Source of the DNA: a virus
Lineage: Duplodnaviria > Caudoviricetes
DNA: 64,000 bases
Virus record (IMG/VR): IMGVR_UViG_2516653005_000001
Span: 1-64,000 of that record
Reading direction: 5' to 3' (one strand)
Numbering within the stretch: position 1 is the stretch's first letter; each line of letters opens with the position of its first letter. Below are positions 1-8,925 of this stretch, in pieces. A program made the translations under genes and the position numbers. The notes under the pieces are model-generated. The model searched no databases. It had not been told where the DNA came from and saw only the letters and a program-made list of their open reading frames with translations.

Positions 1-267
1 ATGAAGACCGCTGTTTTGGCGTCACTCGTCATCGCGATTTTGGCCGCTAACGTAACCGAGTCAGCCGCCTCCCCATACTGCTTTCCGAAGGCCGATGGCA
101 CCAACCGGATCGCCCGACAGGGCTCGTGCCCGACCGGCTATTTCGCATCGGGCAACTGCTGCGAAGCGCTCCACAAAGACACGCCACGGGCGATGCCGAA
201 GATTAAAGGCGCCGCCTGCCCGTCTGGCTATTTCGCCAGTGGAGGCTCCTGCAAGGCGTTCCGTTGA
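1..267 (+). CDS. Small secreted cysteine-rich protein with an internal repeat
   Basis: Hydrophobic N-terminal signal-like segment; repeated CPxGYFASGxxCxA. Start is at the window edge, so upstream context is unseen. Confidence 0.55.
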   Translation: MKTAVLASLVIAILAANVTESAASPYCFPKADGTNRIARQGSCPTGYFASGNCCEALHKDTPRAMPKIKGAACPSGYFASGGSCKAFR

Positions 268-869
268 GATCGCTTCCCATGGAGCACCCTGCTCATGGCC
301 GGGTGCTTCCTGTTCTTGATTTTGATCCAGTGCGGGCACCGGCCGCCCTTGTAAGCTCGGTCGCGGTCCTTCGAGACGAGACCCTCCAGCCCCATTTCAC
401 ACGCCGCCCGAAACAGCTCAGGCCCTATCGCGCCGCCCTCAAAAGTCGACCGGAAGATGCCTCCGTTGGTCCGGTTCCGAAGCACCTCTTCGAGGCTCGT
501 CTTACGCATGTGAAGGGGAAGCTGGCGAAGATCATCGCCGTTCAGGGCCAGGCAATCGAAGGCGTAGAGCTGAGCCTCGTTGTCATGTTTCCGCGAATGC
601 AGATCGTCAAAATTGGAGACGCCATCAACGCCGAGAACAACGACCTCGCCGTCCAAGATGAAGTGTTCCTTCCGGTTTCGAAGAGCGCTTTCCACGATCC
701 AAGGATAACGACTGGTCCAGTCGGCTCCATTCTTGGTGATGAGGCGAACCTTCTTGCCGTCGCGCTCAAGGCGCATCCGGTAGCCGTCGTACTTCACCTC
801 GTGGATCCAGTTGGGGCCGGATGGAACCTTGTCACCCAGCACCGGCAGAGAGAACTCGAAACGCCTCAT
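228..869 (-). CDS. ATP-dependent DNA ligase, adenylation domain only (LigD-like)
   Basis: HEVKYDGYR (motif I KxDG), LDGEVV, YAFD, EGLVSK, WIKIKN. Start at MRRFEF assumed; ORF is open to 923. Confidence 0.9.
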   Translation of the reverse strand: MRRFEFSLPVLGDKVPSGPNWIHEVKYDGYRMRLERDGKKVRLITKNGADWTSRYPWIVESALRNRKEHFILDGEVVVLGVDGVSNFDDLHSRKHDNEAQLYAFDCLALNGDDLRQLPLHMRKTSLEEVLRNRTNGGIFRSTFEGGAIGPELFRAACEMGLEGLVSKDRDRAYKGGRCPHWIKIKNRKHPAMSRVLHGKRSQRNALQEPPLAK

Positions 870-946
870 GGCTGAAAGATAGGTTGTCGCTTTAAGAATG
901 CGAATCCGAGGTGGGCAATACACTCACCTCACTAACTGGACGAGAG

Positions 947-1132
947 CTAATGTTGAGAGACACGTTCATGATCTACATCACCGGCAGCGTATGGCAGAAC
1001 GACTGCAGTCGGAGGCCGGGTACGCAAGAAGTTCACACCACGGCATTTCTGGAAGATCTGCCAAAGCTGATCAAACGGTACGAAGCCAGAGAGGGGCAGT
1101 GCTCATCGTTCGATATTCGTGTGGTCAAGTAG
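947..1132 (+). CDS. Hypothetical protein
   Basis: ORF 911..1132 abutting the next gene; start uncertain. Confidence 0.35.
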   Translation, partial: LMLRDTFMIYITGSVWQNDCSRRPGTQEVHTTAFLEDLPKLIKRYEAREGQCSSFDIRVVK

Positions 1133-1525
1133 ATGGTCAGGGTGCTGGTGTTTGGTGGTCGGAACTATGCGGACCGCAGGAAGGTCTACGAGGTGCTCGA
1201 CCGGCTGCACGCCCAAACGCCCATCGACGTCATCATTGAGGGCGAGGCTACGGGAGCTGATACACTCGCCCGCGAGTGGGCAGAGTCAAGAGGAGTATCT
1301 GTTGAGCCGTACCCCGCTGATTGGGGCAACGTCAGTCGCCCAGGTGCGGTCGTGCGAAGAAACCGGAGCGGCAAGCTTTATGATGCCGCTGCCGGATCGC
1401 TACGCAACGAGAAGATGTTGAGGATTGGAAAGCCTGATCGTGCGATTGGGTTTCCTGGCGGGCGAGGAACTCTCGATATGGCCAGGAAGTGCGTCGAGCA
1501 CGGCTTGGTTCCAGACCTGATTTGA
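1133..1525 (+). CDS. SLOG/YspA-like (DUF2493-type) protein
   Basis: RVLVFGGRNY, IIEGEATGADTLAREWA, AGSLRNEKML, FPGGRGTLDM. Confidence 0.85.
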   Translation: MVRVLVFGGRNYADRRKVYEVLDRLHAQTPIDVIIEGEATGADTLAREWAESRGVSVEPYPADWGNVSRPGAVVRRNRSGKLYDAAAGSLRNEKMLRIGKPDRAIGFPGGRGTLDMARKCVEHGLVPDLI

Positions 1526-2041
1526 TCAGGTCGCTAAGGAGAGAATTTCATCGAGCTGGCAAGCCAGTCGCATAGCTGCCGCGACAAATGCAGCCGTGAT
1601 TGCTGATCGAAGCTTCGCACAGCAAGATGCCTTCTTGCTGTCGGCATTCTTTCTCTCTTGGGTCTCAGGCTGTTGCAAACCTGAAAGGGTAGCCATCGCC
1701 ATGATCGCCTTCACTGTGTCCTGGCAATCTAGGCCGTCAAACCCGGCGATCTGATCCAGATCGACAACAGACTCTTTCATGGCCATCCAGTTAGCGACCC
1801 ATCCTGCCGCGTTTGGAGGATTGATCTGGCCGTTATCCAAGGTGCTCCAGACCGAATCGATCGCGAAGAGAACCCTGCACAAATGCTTGGACTTCATTAC
1901 CTCATCAAGTGAGGTGTCTCGTGCGATGAAGCGCCCTTCCGAGATCGAGACTTCATATCCACGGTAGTTGATAATCTGCACACCTATGTCCTTTTTGCAT
2001 AGCTCGTTGTAGTAGGCAGGACTTATCGCAGCTAATAGCAT
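1526..2041 (-). CDS. Hypothetical protein
   Basis: 171-aa ORF with no recognised motif. Confidence 0.55.
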   Translation of the reverse strand: MLLAAISPAYYNELCKKDIGVQIINYRGYEVSISEGRFIARDTSLDEVMKSKHLCRVLFAIDSVWSTLDNGQINPPNAAGWVANWMAMKESVVDLDQIAGFDGLDCQDTVKAIMAMATLSGLQQPETQERKNADSKKASCCAKLRSAITAAFVAAAMRLACQLDEILSLAT

Positions 2042-2089
2042 TCAAACAACTGCGAGACCGTCCAATCCGGACGTTTCCTCACAAGCCAT

Positions 2090-2488
2090 TCACTTATCGA
2101 ACTTTTTTATCAGATCTCTCACCATTTCGATGTCCGAAAGGGTGAATCTGACATCTCCTACCCGGTAGAACCGGCCGTCCTTCTTGACCCGACCATTGAC
2201 CAGCAATCTTTCCAGAACTCGATAGATGCTGGACCGAGGCATTTCGGTATAGTTTGCGATCTTCGTTACCGTCATTGGCCTTCCCTCGGCATCTCCAACG
2301 AAGATCGATAGATAAACCGGGAAGGATTCAAGCATAGCGCCGAATGACGGTATGAGTTCTATTGGCGGTTTCTGAGCGAGCTTAAGCAGGACTGTGGTCA
2401 TACCGATGTAGAGCTTGGCCGCCCTGACCGCCATCTCTCTGCCTTCTGGGGTTTCTCCTGTTAGAACTTCAGACATTGTGAGTGACAT
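2090..2488 (-). CDS. Putative winged-HTH DNA-binding protein
   Basis: PMTVTKIANYTEMPRSSIYRVLERLLVNGRV is an HTH-like pattern. Confidence 0.65.
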   Translation of the reverse strand: MSLTMSEVLTGETPEGREMAVRAAKLYIGMTTVLLKLAQKPPIELIPSFGAMLESFPVYLSIFVGDAEGRPMTVTKIANYTEMPRSSIYRVLERLLVNGRVKKDGRFYRVGDVRFTLSDIEMVRDLIKKFDK

Positions 2489-2777
2489 TCCAACGCAACT
2501 TCATTTCGATAATTGCTTGAATATCTGCGCAGGGTTGCGTCGTCACCACCCACGTTCGGACGAGAAATGCAGGGTTAATCATAACCTTAACTCTTGATTT
2601 GTTGTTCCATTTGCGCTAATGCAAACATTACGAAAGCAATCGTTAGCGGCAATAAGCTGAAACAGTTGCGGTAATTCGATCGTGTTCACTGGAGTGACAG
2701 GTACCGGAACCCCGTGGTTCCGATTAGCCATGCGTGGAACGCATAAATTTGAAGAGCTTAGGAAAGGTACGTAAAGC

Positions 2778-3236
2778 GTGAGACGAGATCAGGATTGGTG
2801 GGATCGTTGGTTTCTCGGTATGGCGGAATACATCGCTACCGCTTCCAAAGATCCGAGCACAAAGGTTGGTGCGCTAATCGTTCGCCCCGACCGGACAAGC
2901 CCATCTTGGGGTTACAACGGCTTCCCGAGGGGCATCCATGACACCGACGAGCGTCTTAACGACCGCGATCAGAAATACGCCCTCACCCTTCATGCCGAGG
3001 AGAACGCTTTCCTGACGGCCAAGGAGGATGTTGCCGGATGCACCCTTTACACTTGGCCGCTGTTCACCTGCTCGGGCTGCGCTCTGAAGGTGATCCAGAA
3101 AGGCATCAAGCGCGTCGTATCGCCTGCCAACGACAATCCTCGATGGGTGGAGTCTCTGGCGCGCTCGCAGCGCCTCTACGATGAGGCCGGCGTGGAATAC
3201 AAGATCATCGACATGAGCACCGCGAATGCGGCTTGA
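2778..3236 (+). CDS. dCMP deaminase
   Basis: SKDPSTKVGA, GYNGFPRG, HAEENA and CSGC zinc motifs. Confidence 0.93.
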   Translation: MRRDQDWWDRWFLGMAEYIATASKDPSTKVGALIVRPDRTSPSWGYNGFPRGIHDTDERLNDRDQKYALTLHAEENAFLTAKEDVAGCTLYTWPLFTCSGCALKVIQKGIKRVVSPANDNPRWVESLARSQRLYDEAGVEYKIIDMSTANAA

Positions 3237-3465
3237 CGATTGGCCGCTGCCATACGTTCGCGTCAAATGCGCCAAATGCAATCGTGAAGGTCGATACGCG
3301 AAGGAGCGGTTGATCGACCGGTTCGGTCCCGATCATCAGATGTACGTGGTGCGCGAGCGACTGACACAAGATGGATGCCAGCGAGAGGACAAGAAGCAGC
3401 CGTGCCAATCAATACTACCGGACGGGCTGTTGGTTCAGGCAATCATCGAGCCCGCCCCCCCCTGA
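3226..3465 (+). CDS. Small zinc-ribbon-like hypothetical protein
   Basis: CAKC plus C-terminal cysteines; overlaps the stop of the upstream gene. Confidence 0.6.
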   Translation: MRLDDWPLPYVRVKCAKCNREGRYAKERLIDRFGPDHQMYVVRERLTQDGCQREDKKQPCQSILPDGLLVQAIIEPAPP

Positions 3466-3565
3466 AAGTCCTCAATCCATCATTGCTCGATGAAGCCCGC
3501 AAGCTGCGAGAGCAGCTCGATCTTTTTTGACTCGTCGCTTGCACGAAAGCAAATACAGGACACAA

Positions 3566-4108
3566 ATGAAAACACCTATCATCGCGGCGGCGATCTTTGC
3601 CGCGTTCATCACCAACGCCGAGGCGAGAACGAAGCATCGCCATCAGCGTCACGCTGAGCCGCAAATCGCGCAAGAGGTGTCGCTATTCAGCTTCTTTCAG
3701 TCGCAGCCGCCCGCCTCCGCTTCTCGTCGCAATGTAAAGGTGTTGCCCACTGAGCAGCCCTCGTTCTTTGGAGACTCCGGCTTGGTGATCCGAGCCCGTC
3801 AGTACATTGGGGCAGGCGCTCGCCAGGTCGGAGTTCGCACCACGCTTTGGTGCTCGGCATTCATTCGGAAGCTGCGCCCGACGTCCAATGTCGATGATCG
3901 AGCGATATCGTGGCTGAGCCAGCCGCGCGTGTCGGCGCAGGTTGGGGCCGTCGCGATTGTGACGAGGCGCGGCGGCTATCACGTCGGCATCGTCTCTGGC
4001 TTCAAGCCTAACGGTGATCCGGTTCTGATCTCCGGCAATCACGGAAACCGTGTCGCCGAGGCGGCGTATCCGCAGCGCCGTGTCGTGGCTTACGTGTCAG
4101 GCTCGTAA
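3566..4108 (+). CDS. Secreted CHAP/NlpC-like cell-wall peptidase
   Basis: Signal peptide, LWCSAF (catalytic Cys), GYHVGIV (His), ISGNH; AGGA RBS before ATG 3566. Confidence 0.75.
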   Translation: MKTPIIAAAIFAAFITNAEARTKHRHQRHAEPQIAQEVSLFSFFQSQPPASASRRNVKVLPTEQPSFFGDSGLVIRARQYIGAGARQVGVRTTLWCSAFIRKLRPTSNVDDRAISWLSQPRVSAQVGAVAIVTRRGGYHVGIVSGFKPNGDPVLISGNHGNRVAEAAYPQRRVVAYVSGS

Positions 4109-4111
4109 CGC

Positions 4112-4282
4112 ATGCTCGTAGCGGTTGATGCCCCGCATTTCTATGCGGGGATCATCCTCGAAAAACACGTTGTCGTCGAAGCGGCACCGATCCTGCGTTG
4201 GACGATTGGACGCCGCCGGGACTGGCTCCGTGAATACTTCAAGAAGAAGGGCTGGAAGGCCATCGTAGTCCGGAAAGACTGA
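4112..4282 (+). CDS. Small hypothetical protein (56 aa; not in the ORF track)
   Basis: MLVAVDAPHFYAGIILEKHVVVEAAPILRWTIG... fills the gap exactly between the CHAP gene and dnaE. Confidence 0.6.
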   Translation: MLVAVDAPHFYAGIILEKHVVVEAAPILRWTIGRRRDWLREYFKKKGWKAIVVRKD

Positions 4283-7200
4283 ATGAAAAACACGATCAAC
4301 CCAGGCTTCGTCCATCTGCACGTTCACTCCTCCTATTCGCTGTCGAAGGGGTCGAACAAGATCCAGAAGCTCGCCGACATGGCGAAGAACGACCACCAGC
4401 CCGCGCTGGCCCTGACCGACATCGACAATATGTTCGGCGCTCTCGAGTTTTCGGAGAAGGTCTCTGCTGCCGGCGTTCAGCCGATCATCGGCTGCGACAT
4501 CGCCGTTGACTTCGAGGACCAAGAAGACGGCACGCCGTGGGTCATTCACCAGCCCTCCCGGATCGTCCTGCTCGCGGCGACCGAGGAAGGTTACATGAAC
4601 CTCATGAAGCTGAACTCGCGGTCCTATCTGGAGTCCGGGGCCGAGCACCCGCACATCAAGCTGCACTGGCTGGAAGACGCCAACGAAGGCATCATTGCCC
4701 TGACCGGAGGCATCGACGGCGCGATCGGCACATGCTTGAGCCTTGGTTTCGACCGGATCGCTGATGCGCGCTGCCGGAGCCTTGCAGACCTGTTCGGCGA
4801 CCGGCTCTACGTCGAGCTGCAGCGCCACGGCCTGACCAATGAGAACGCAATCGAGCCGCGCCTCATCCAGATCGCATACGACCTCGCCCTGCCTCTGGTG
4901 GCGACCAACGAGGCCTACTTCCCCGACTATTCGGATTACGAGGCGAACGACGCCCTGCTCTGCATTGCGGATGGTCGCCACGTCTCCGATACCAATCGTG
5001 ACCGGCTGACGGCCGAGCACCGGTTCAAGACCCGCGCGGAAATGATCGACCTCTTCTCCGACATTCCGGAGGCGCTCGCCTCGACGATCGAAATCGCGTC
5101 GCGGTGTTCCTACCGTCCGCACACGCGAAAGCCGATCCTCCCGCACTTCAGCGAGGACGAGGCGCGGGAGCTTCGTGAACAGGCTCAGGAGGGCCTACAG
5201 GCGCGTTTGGACAAGCATGGTCCTTGTGACGGCCACACGGAGAAAGACTACTGGGAGCGCCTGGAATTCGAGCTGGGAGTCATCGAAAGGATGAACTATT
5301 CCGGCTACTTCCTGATCGTGTCCGACTTCATCAAATGGGCCAAGCAAAACGGCATTCCGGTAGGCCCAGGCCGTGGATCGGGCGCTGGATCGCTGGTGGC
5401 CTATTCGCTGACCATCACTGACCTTGATCCGCTGCAGTTCGGCTTGCTGTTCGAGCGTTTCCTGAACCCGGACCGCGTGTCCATGCCCGACTTCGACGTC
5501 GACTTCTGCCAGAGCCGACGCGACGAGGTCATCCGCTATGTGCAGGAGCGCTACGGCCGGGAGCAGGTTGCTCAGATCATCACGTTCGGCACCTTTCAGT
5601 CTCGCGGCGTCATGCGGGACGTCGGCCGTGTTCTGCAGATGCCCTACGGTCAGGTGGACCGTCTCTGCAAGATGATCGCGGTCAACCCGACGAAGCCGAT
5701 CAAGCTGGCTGAGGCGATCGAGCTGGAGCCCAAGCTGCAGGAGATGCGAGCCGAGGACTCGACGGTCAATCGCGCCTTCAACATCTCCCTCAAGCTGGAG
5801 GGGCTGACCCGTCACGCCTCGACGCACGCCGCAGGCATCGTGATCGGCGACCGGCCACTTGACCAGCTCGTCCCGATGTATCGCGATCCGAAGTCGGATA
5901 TGCCCGTCACGCAGTTCAACATGAAGTGGGTCGAGCCCGCCGGCTTGGTCAAGTTCGACTTCCTTGGTCTAAAGACCCTGACGGTGATTGACGTGGCGGT
6001 GAAGCTGATCCGCGACCGTGGGATCGACTTCGATTTGACATCCATTCCGATCAACGATCCGACAACGTTCGAGATGCTGGCTCGCGGCGACGTTGTCGGC
6101 GTGTTCCAGATCGAAAGCGCCGGGATGCGCCGGGCTCTGATCGACATGAAGGCCGACCGGATCGACGACATCATCGCGCTGGTGTCGCTGTATCGCCCCG
6201 GCCCCATGGCGAACATTCCGACCTACTGCGCCGTGAAGTGCGGTCAGCAGGAGGCCGAGTACCCCCACCCGCTCCTTGAGCCGATCCTAAAGGACACCTT
6301 CGGCGTCATCATCTACCAGGAACAGGTGATGAAGATCGCCCAGGTCATGGCCGGCTATTCGCTGGCACAGGCCGACCTTCTGCGCCGCGCGATGGGCAAG
6401 AAGATCCGTGAGGAGATGGAGAAACAGCGCGACGTCTTCGTTGACGGCTCGATCAAGAACGGCGTTGACCGGGAAAAGGCCGTCGAGGTCTTCGAGTTGC
6501 TGGCGAAGTTCGCCGACTACGGCTTCAACAAGAGCCACGCTGCCGCCTATGCGATGATCTCGTACCAGACGGCGTATCTGAAGGCGCACTTCCCGGTCGA
6601 GTTCATGGCCGCGTCGATGACGCTGGATATGGGCGACACAGACCGCCTGTCTCAACTCTACGAGGATGCCAAACGGACGGGGATCGAGGTGGTCAATCCG
6701 TCAATCAACAAATCGTTCTCGGAGTTCAGCGTCGCGGACGGCAAGATCTATTACGCCCTCTCCGCTCTCAAAGGCGTCGGCAAGAACGCCGTCGATCTGA
6801 TCGTCGATACCAGGAAGGATGGTCCGTTCGAGTCGCTTGACGACTTCGTCAGCCGTGTCGATCCCGACGCGATCAACAAGCGGGTCATCGAGACGCTGGC
6901 GGCGGCTGGTGCATTCGAGGAGTTCGAGCGCAACCGGGCACGCATTTATGATGGAGCCGGCCAGCTCGTTGCCGAGATCAAGAACGCCAAGGTGCGGAAT
7001 GCCAGCAATCAGATCGATATGTTCGGCACGATCTTCGCCAAGGATGTGATCCAGCTTCCGAAGGTCGAGCCTTGGCCCAAGGCGGTGAAGCTGCGCCGTG
7101 AATACGACGCGGTCGGCTTCTTCATGTCCGGTCACCCGCTCGACGACTATGTGCAGGAAATGGATCGCCTGCGGCTCAAGACCTGGGACGAGCTTGGCGA

Positions 7201-7711
7201 CGCGGCTAAGGCTGGTGCAGAGGTTGGCCGGACCGCTGCAACGGTCATCTCGCTCTTGGAGAAGAACACGAAGACCGGGAAGAAGCTTGGCATTGTGACC
7301 TTGTCGGACCGCACCGGGTCTTACGAGGCAGTCCTCTTCTCCGAAGGCCTGGAAAAGCACCGGGAACTGCTGCAGCCCGGCGCGCTGGTTATTCTGAAGG
7401 TGGGGATCGAGCTGATTGGGGACGACGCTAAGGTCCGGATCATCGGAGCAGAGCCGCTCGAACGGTCTGCGGGGAGCAGCCGGCGTGGGTCCGTAATCAG
7501 GATCGACAACGCCAAGGTGATCGACGCAATCGCGCCGACACTGATGAGCGCCTTGGCTCCAGAGCGTAAGCTGGGAGCTGGCGTGCTGCTCGAAATGGAT
7601 GCTGTTGGGTGCAACGCTGTTGAGATCGGTCTCCCTGGCCGGTTCACGGTAACGCCGCAGCTCAGGGACGCGATTTCGGATGTGACTGGAGCTCAGTCCA
7701 TCGCAGCGTAA
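4283..7711 (+). CDS. dnaE: DNA polymerase III alpha subunit (phage-encoded)
   Basis: PHP HLHVHSSYS, GPGRGSGAGSLVAY, SMPDFDVDF, KFDFLGL, YGFNKSHAAAY, C-terminal OB fold. Confidence 0.98.
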   Translation: MKNTINPGFVHLHVHSSYSLSKGSNKIQKLADMAKNDHQPALALTDIDNMFGALEFSEKVSAAGVQPIIGCDIAVDFEDQEDGTPWVIHQPSRIVLLAATEEGYMNLMKLNSRSYLESGAEHPHIKLHWLEDANEGIIALTGGIDGAIGTCLSLGFDRIADARCRSLADLFGDRLYVELQRHGLTNENAIEPRLIQIAYDLALPLVATNEAYFPDYSDYEANDALLCIADGRHVSDTNRDRLTAEHRFKTRAEMIDLFSDIPEALASTIEIASRCSYRPHTRKPILPHFSEDEARELREQAQEGLQARLDKHGPCDGHTEKDYWERLEFELGVIERMNYSGYFLIVSDFIKWAKQNGIPVGPGRGSGAGSLVAYSLTITDLDPLQFGLLFERFLNPDRVSMPDFDVDFCQSRRDEVIRYVQERYGREQVAQIITFGTFQSRGVMRDVGRVLQMPYGQVDRLCKMIAVNPTKPIKLAEAIELEPKLQEMRAEDSTVNRAFNISLKLEGLTRHASTHAAGIVIGDRPLDQLVPMYRDPKSDMPVTQFNMKWVEPAGLVKFDFLGLKTLTVIDVAVKLIRDRGIDFDLTSIPINDPTTFEMLARGDVVGVFQIESAGMRRALIDMKADRIDDIIALVSLYRPGPMANIPTYCAVKCGQQEAEYPHPLLEPILKDTFGVIIYQEQVMKIAQVMAGYSLAQADLLRRAMGKKIREEMEKQRDVFVDGSIKNGVDREKAVEVFELLAKFADYGFNKSHAAAYAMISYQTAYLKAHFPVEFMAASMTLDMGDTDRLSQLYEDAKRTGIEVVNPSINKSFSEFSVADGKIYYALSALKGVGKNAVDLIVDTRKDGPFESLDDFVSRVDPDAINKRVIETLAAAGAFEEFERNRARIYDGAGQLVAEIKNAKVRNASNQIDMFGTIFAKDVIQLPKVEPWPKAVKLRREYDAVGFFMSGHPLDDYVQEMDRLRLKTWDELGDAAKAGAEVGRTAATVISLLEKNTKTGKKLGIVTLSDRTGSYEAVLFSEGLEKHRELLQPGALVILKVGIELIGDDAKVRIIGAEPLERSAGSSRRGSVIRIDNAKVIDAIAPTLMSALAPERKLGAGVLLEMDAVGCNAVEIGLPGRFTVTPQLRDAISDVTGAQSIAA

Positions 7712-7754
7712 AAGAAAAGGACGCCGAGGAGATCATCCAAGGCGTCCTTTTCTT
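7712..7754. terminator. Bidirectional intrinsic terminator between convergent units
   Basis: aagaaaaggacgcc ... ggcgtccttttctt inverted repeat with A/T tails on both sides. Confidence 0.85.
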
Positions 7755-7992
7755 AGGTGAGAGTTCGAAGAACAGCGAACTGCTGCTCGAACCAGTTGAA
7801 CATCCTCCGCACGAGATACGTTCGAACCAGAGAGATCACGGAGAAGATTGCCGTGATCATGATGCTCTGGCTGGTGTCGACGTGACAGCCGAACAGCGGC
7901 AGCACGACAATGTTGGCGACGACGCCGATGATGAAAGCGATCGCATTACCTGCGACCGCCTCCAGAACTGACCCAAGCCTGGACTGCGCCAT
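7753..7992 (-). CDS. Small two-TM membrane protein
   Basis: MAQSRLGSVLEAV...RTYLVRRMFN with two hydrophobic helices. Confidence 0.75.
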   Translation of the reverse strand: MAQSRLGSVLEAVAGNAIAFIIGVVANIVVLPLFGCHVDTSQSIMITAIFSVISLVRTYLVRRMFNWFEQQFAVLRTLT

Positions 7993-8672
7993 CAGAGCAG
8001 ACCCACGCGACTCATGGGCGGCAACGCCAGCAGCCTGTCCACCTGTTCCCTCACCTTGAGGGAGACAGCCTTCTTTTTGCTCCAGATCGCGACGGCTTCG
8101 TCGAGGTCATCATACATCGCCTGCACGTCGCTATCGTTGTGGATCACAAAATCGGGCTTGAGGCGATCGACGCGCTCGGAATCGTGGACGCCCCACATGA
8201 TGCCGAACGTGTCGTACAACCACTCTCCGACGAAGCCCCATTTGAACTTGGCCGGTTTGGTGCCCGGTCGCTTGATCATGATGGTGAAGCCACCAAGCTG
8301 CTTGATCGCAGCCTCTTCGTTCGGGAAGCGAACGCTGTCGTTCTGAACGTCGCCATTTCCGGCAACGGTCCGCCTCCACGTTTCCGACCAGATGTCTTCG
8401 CCGATGAGATTGCGGCCCCATTCAGTGCCAAGAGTGATCTGAAGATACCGACCTGAGACGCCAAGCTCGGGAATGACGCTCTCCTTAAGGTCGCCCTCCA
8501 GGTAGCGAGTGATCATCTCTTCGCTGATCTTGTTAGCGCGCAGCAGAGCCGCGCACATGGCGCGCAGCGGTTCTGCGATGTGCCGGCGCTCGATGCCGTA
8601 CTTCTCTTCCAGATACTTCGCCGCCGTCGTCTTGCCGGCCTGGGCAAAGCCAGAGAGACCAATAACCGTCAT
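7992..8672 (-). CDS. Deoxynucleoside monophosphate kinase
   Basis: IGLSGFAQAGKTT P-loop, LQITLGTEWGR, SVRFPNE, HDSE. Confidence 0.9.
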   Translation of the reverse strand: MTVIGLSGFAQAGKTTAAKYLEEKYGIERRHIAEPLRAMCAALLRANKISEEMITRYLEGDLKESVIPELGVSGRYLQITLGTEWGRNLIGEDIWSETWRRTVAGNGDVQNDSVRFPNEEAAIKQLGGFTIMIKRPGTKPAKFKWGFVGEWLYDTFGIMWGVHDSERVDRLKPDFVIHNDSDVQAMYDDLDEAVAIWSKKKAVSLKVREQVDRLLALPPMSRVGLL

Positions 8673-8721
8673 TTGTTGTTTTCTCCTGTTATTTGTTTTC
8701 GTGCAAACACCTAGACAAAAG

Positions 8722-8892
8722 TCAGTCGTGGTCCGGGAGCATGACTGCGTCGCAGGCTTCCACGGCAGCTACCAACTTCTGAAAGGCATCTCGCGCCCCT
8801 GGCTGGATTACGGTGACCGCCGCGATCAGATCTCTGGCTGCGTCAACGACAGCCGTCTCTGCGACCATCTTGACGATGTAGGGGTGTTTCAT
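8722..8892 (-). CDS. Small hypothetical protein (56 aa; not in the ORF track)
   Basis: MKHPYIVKMVAETAVVDAARDL...; fills the intergenic gap and is preceded by a copy of the recurring TTGCACGAAT motif. Confidence 0.5.
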   Translation of the reverse strand: MKHPYIVKMVAETAVVDAARDLIAAVTVIQPGARDAFQKLVAAVEACDAVMLPDHD

Positions 8893-8925
8893 TTTCTCAC
8901 CATTCCAATTCGTGCAAACAAAAGA

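Noticed and set aside
2575-2591. CtrA box
   Set aside because: Spacing is TTAA-N8-TTAAC rather than the canonical N7.
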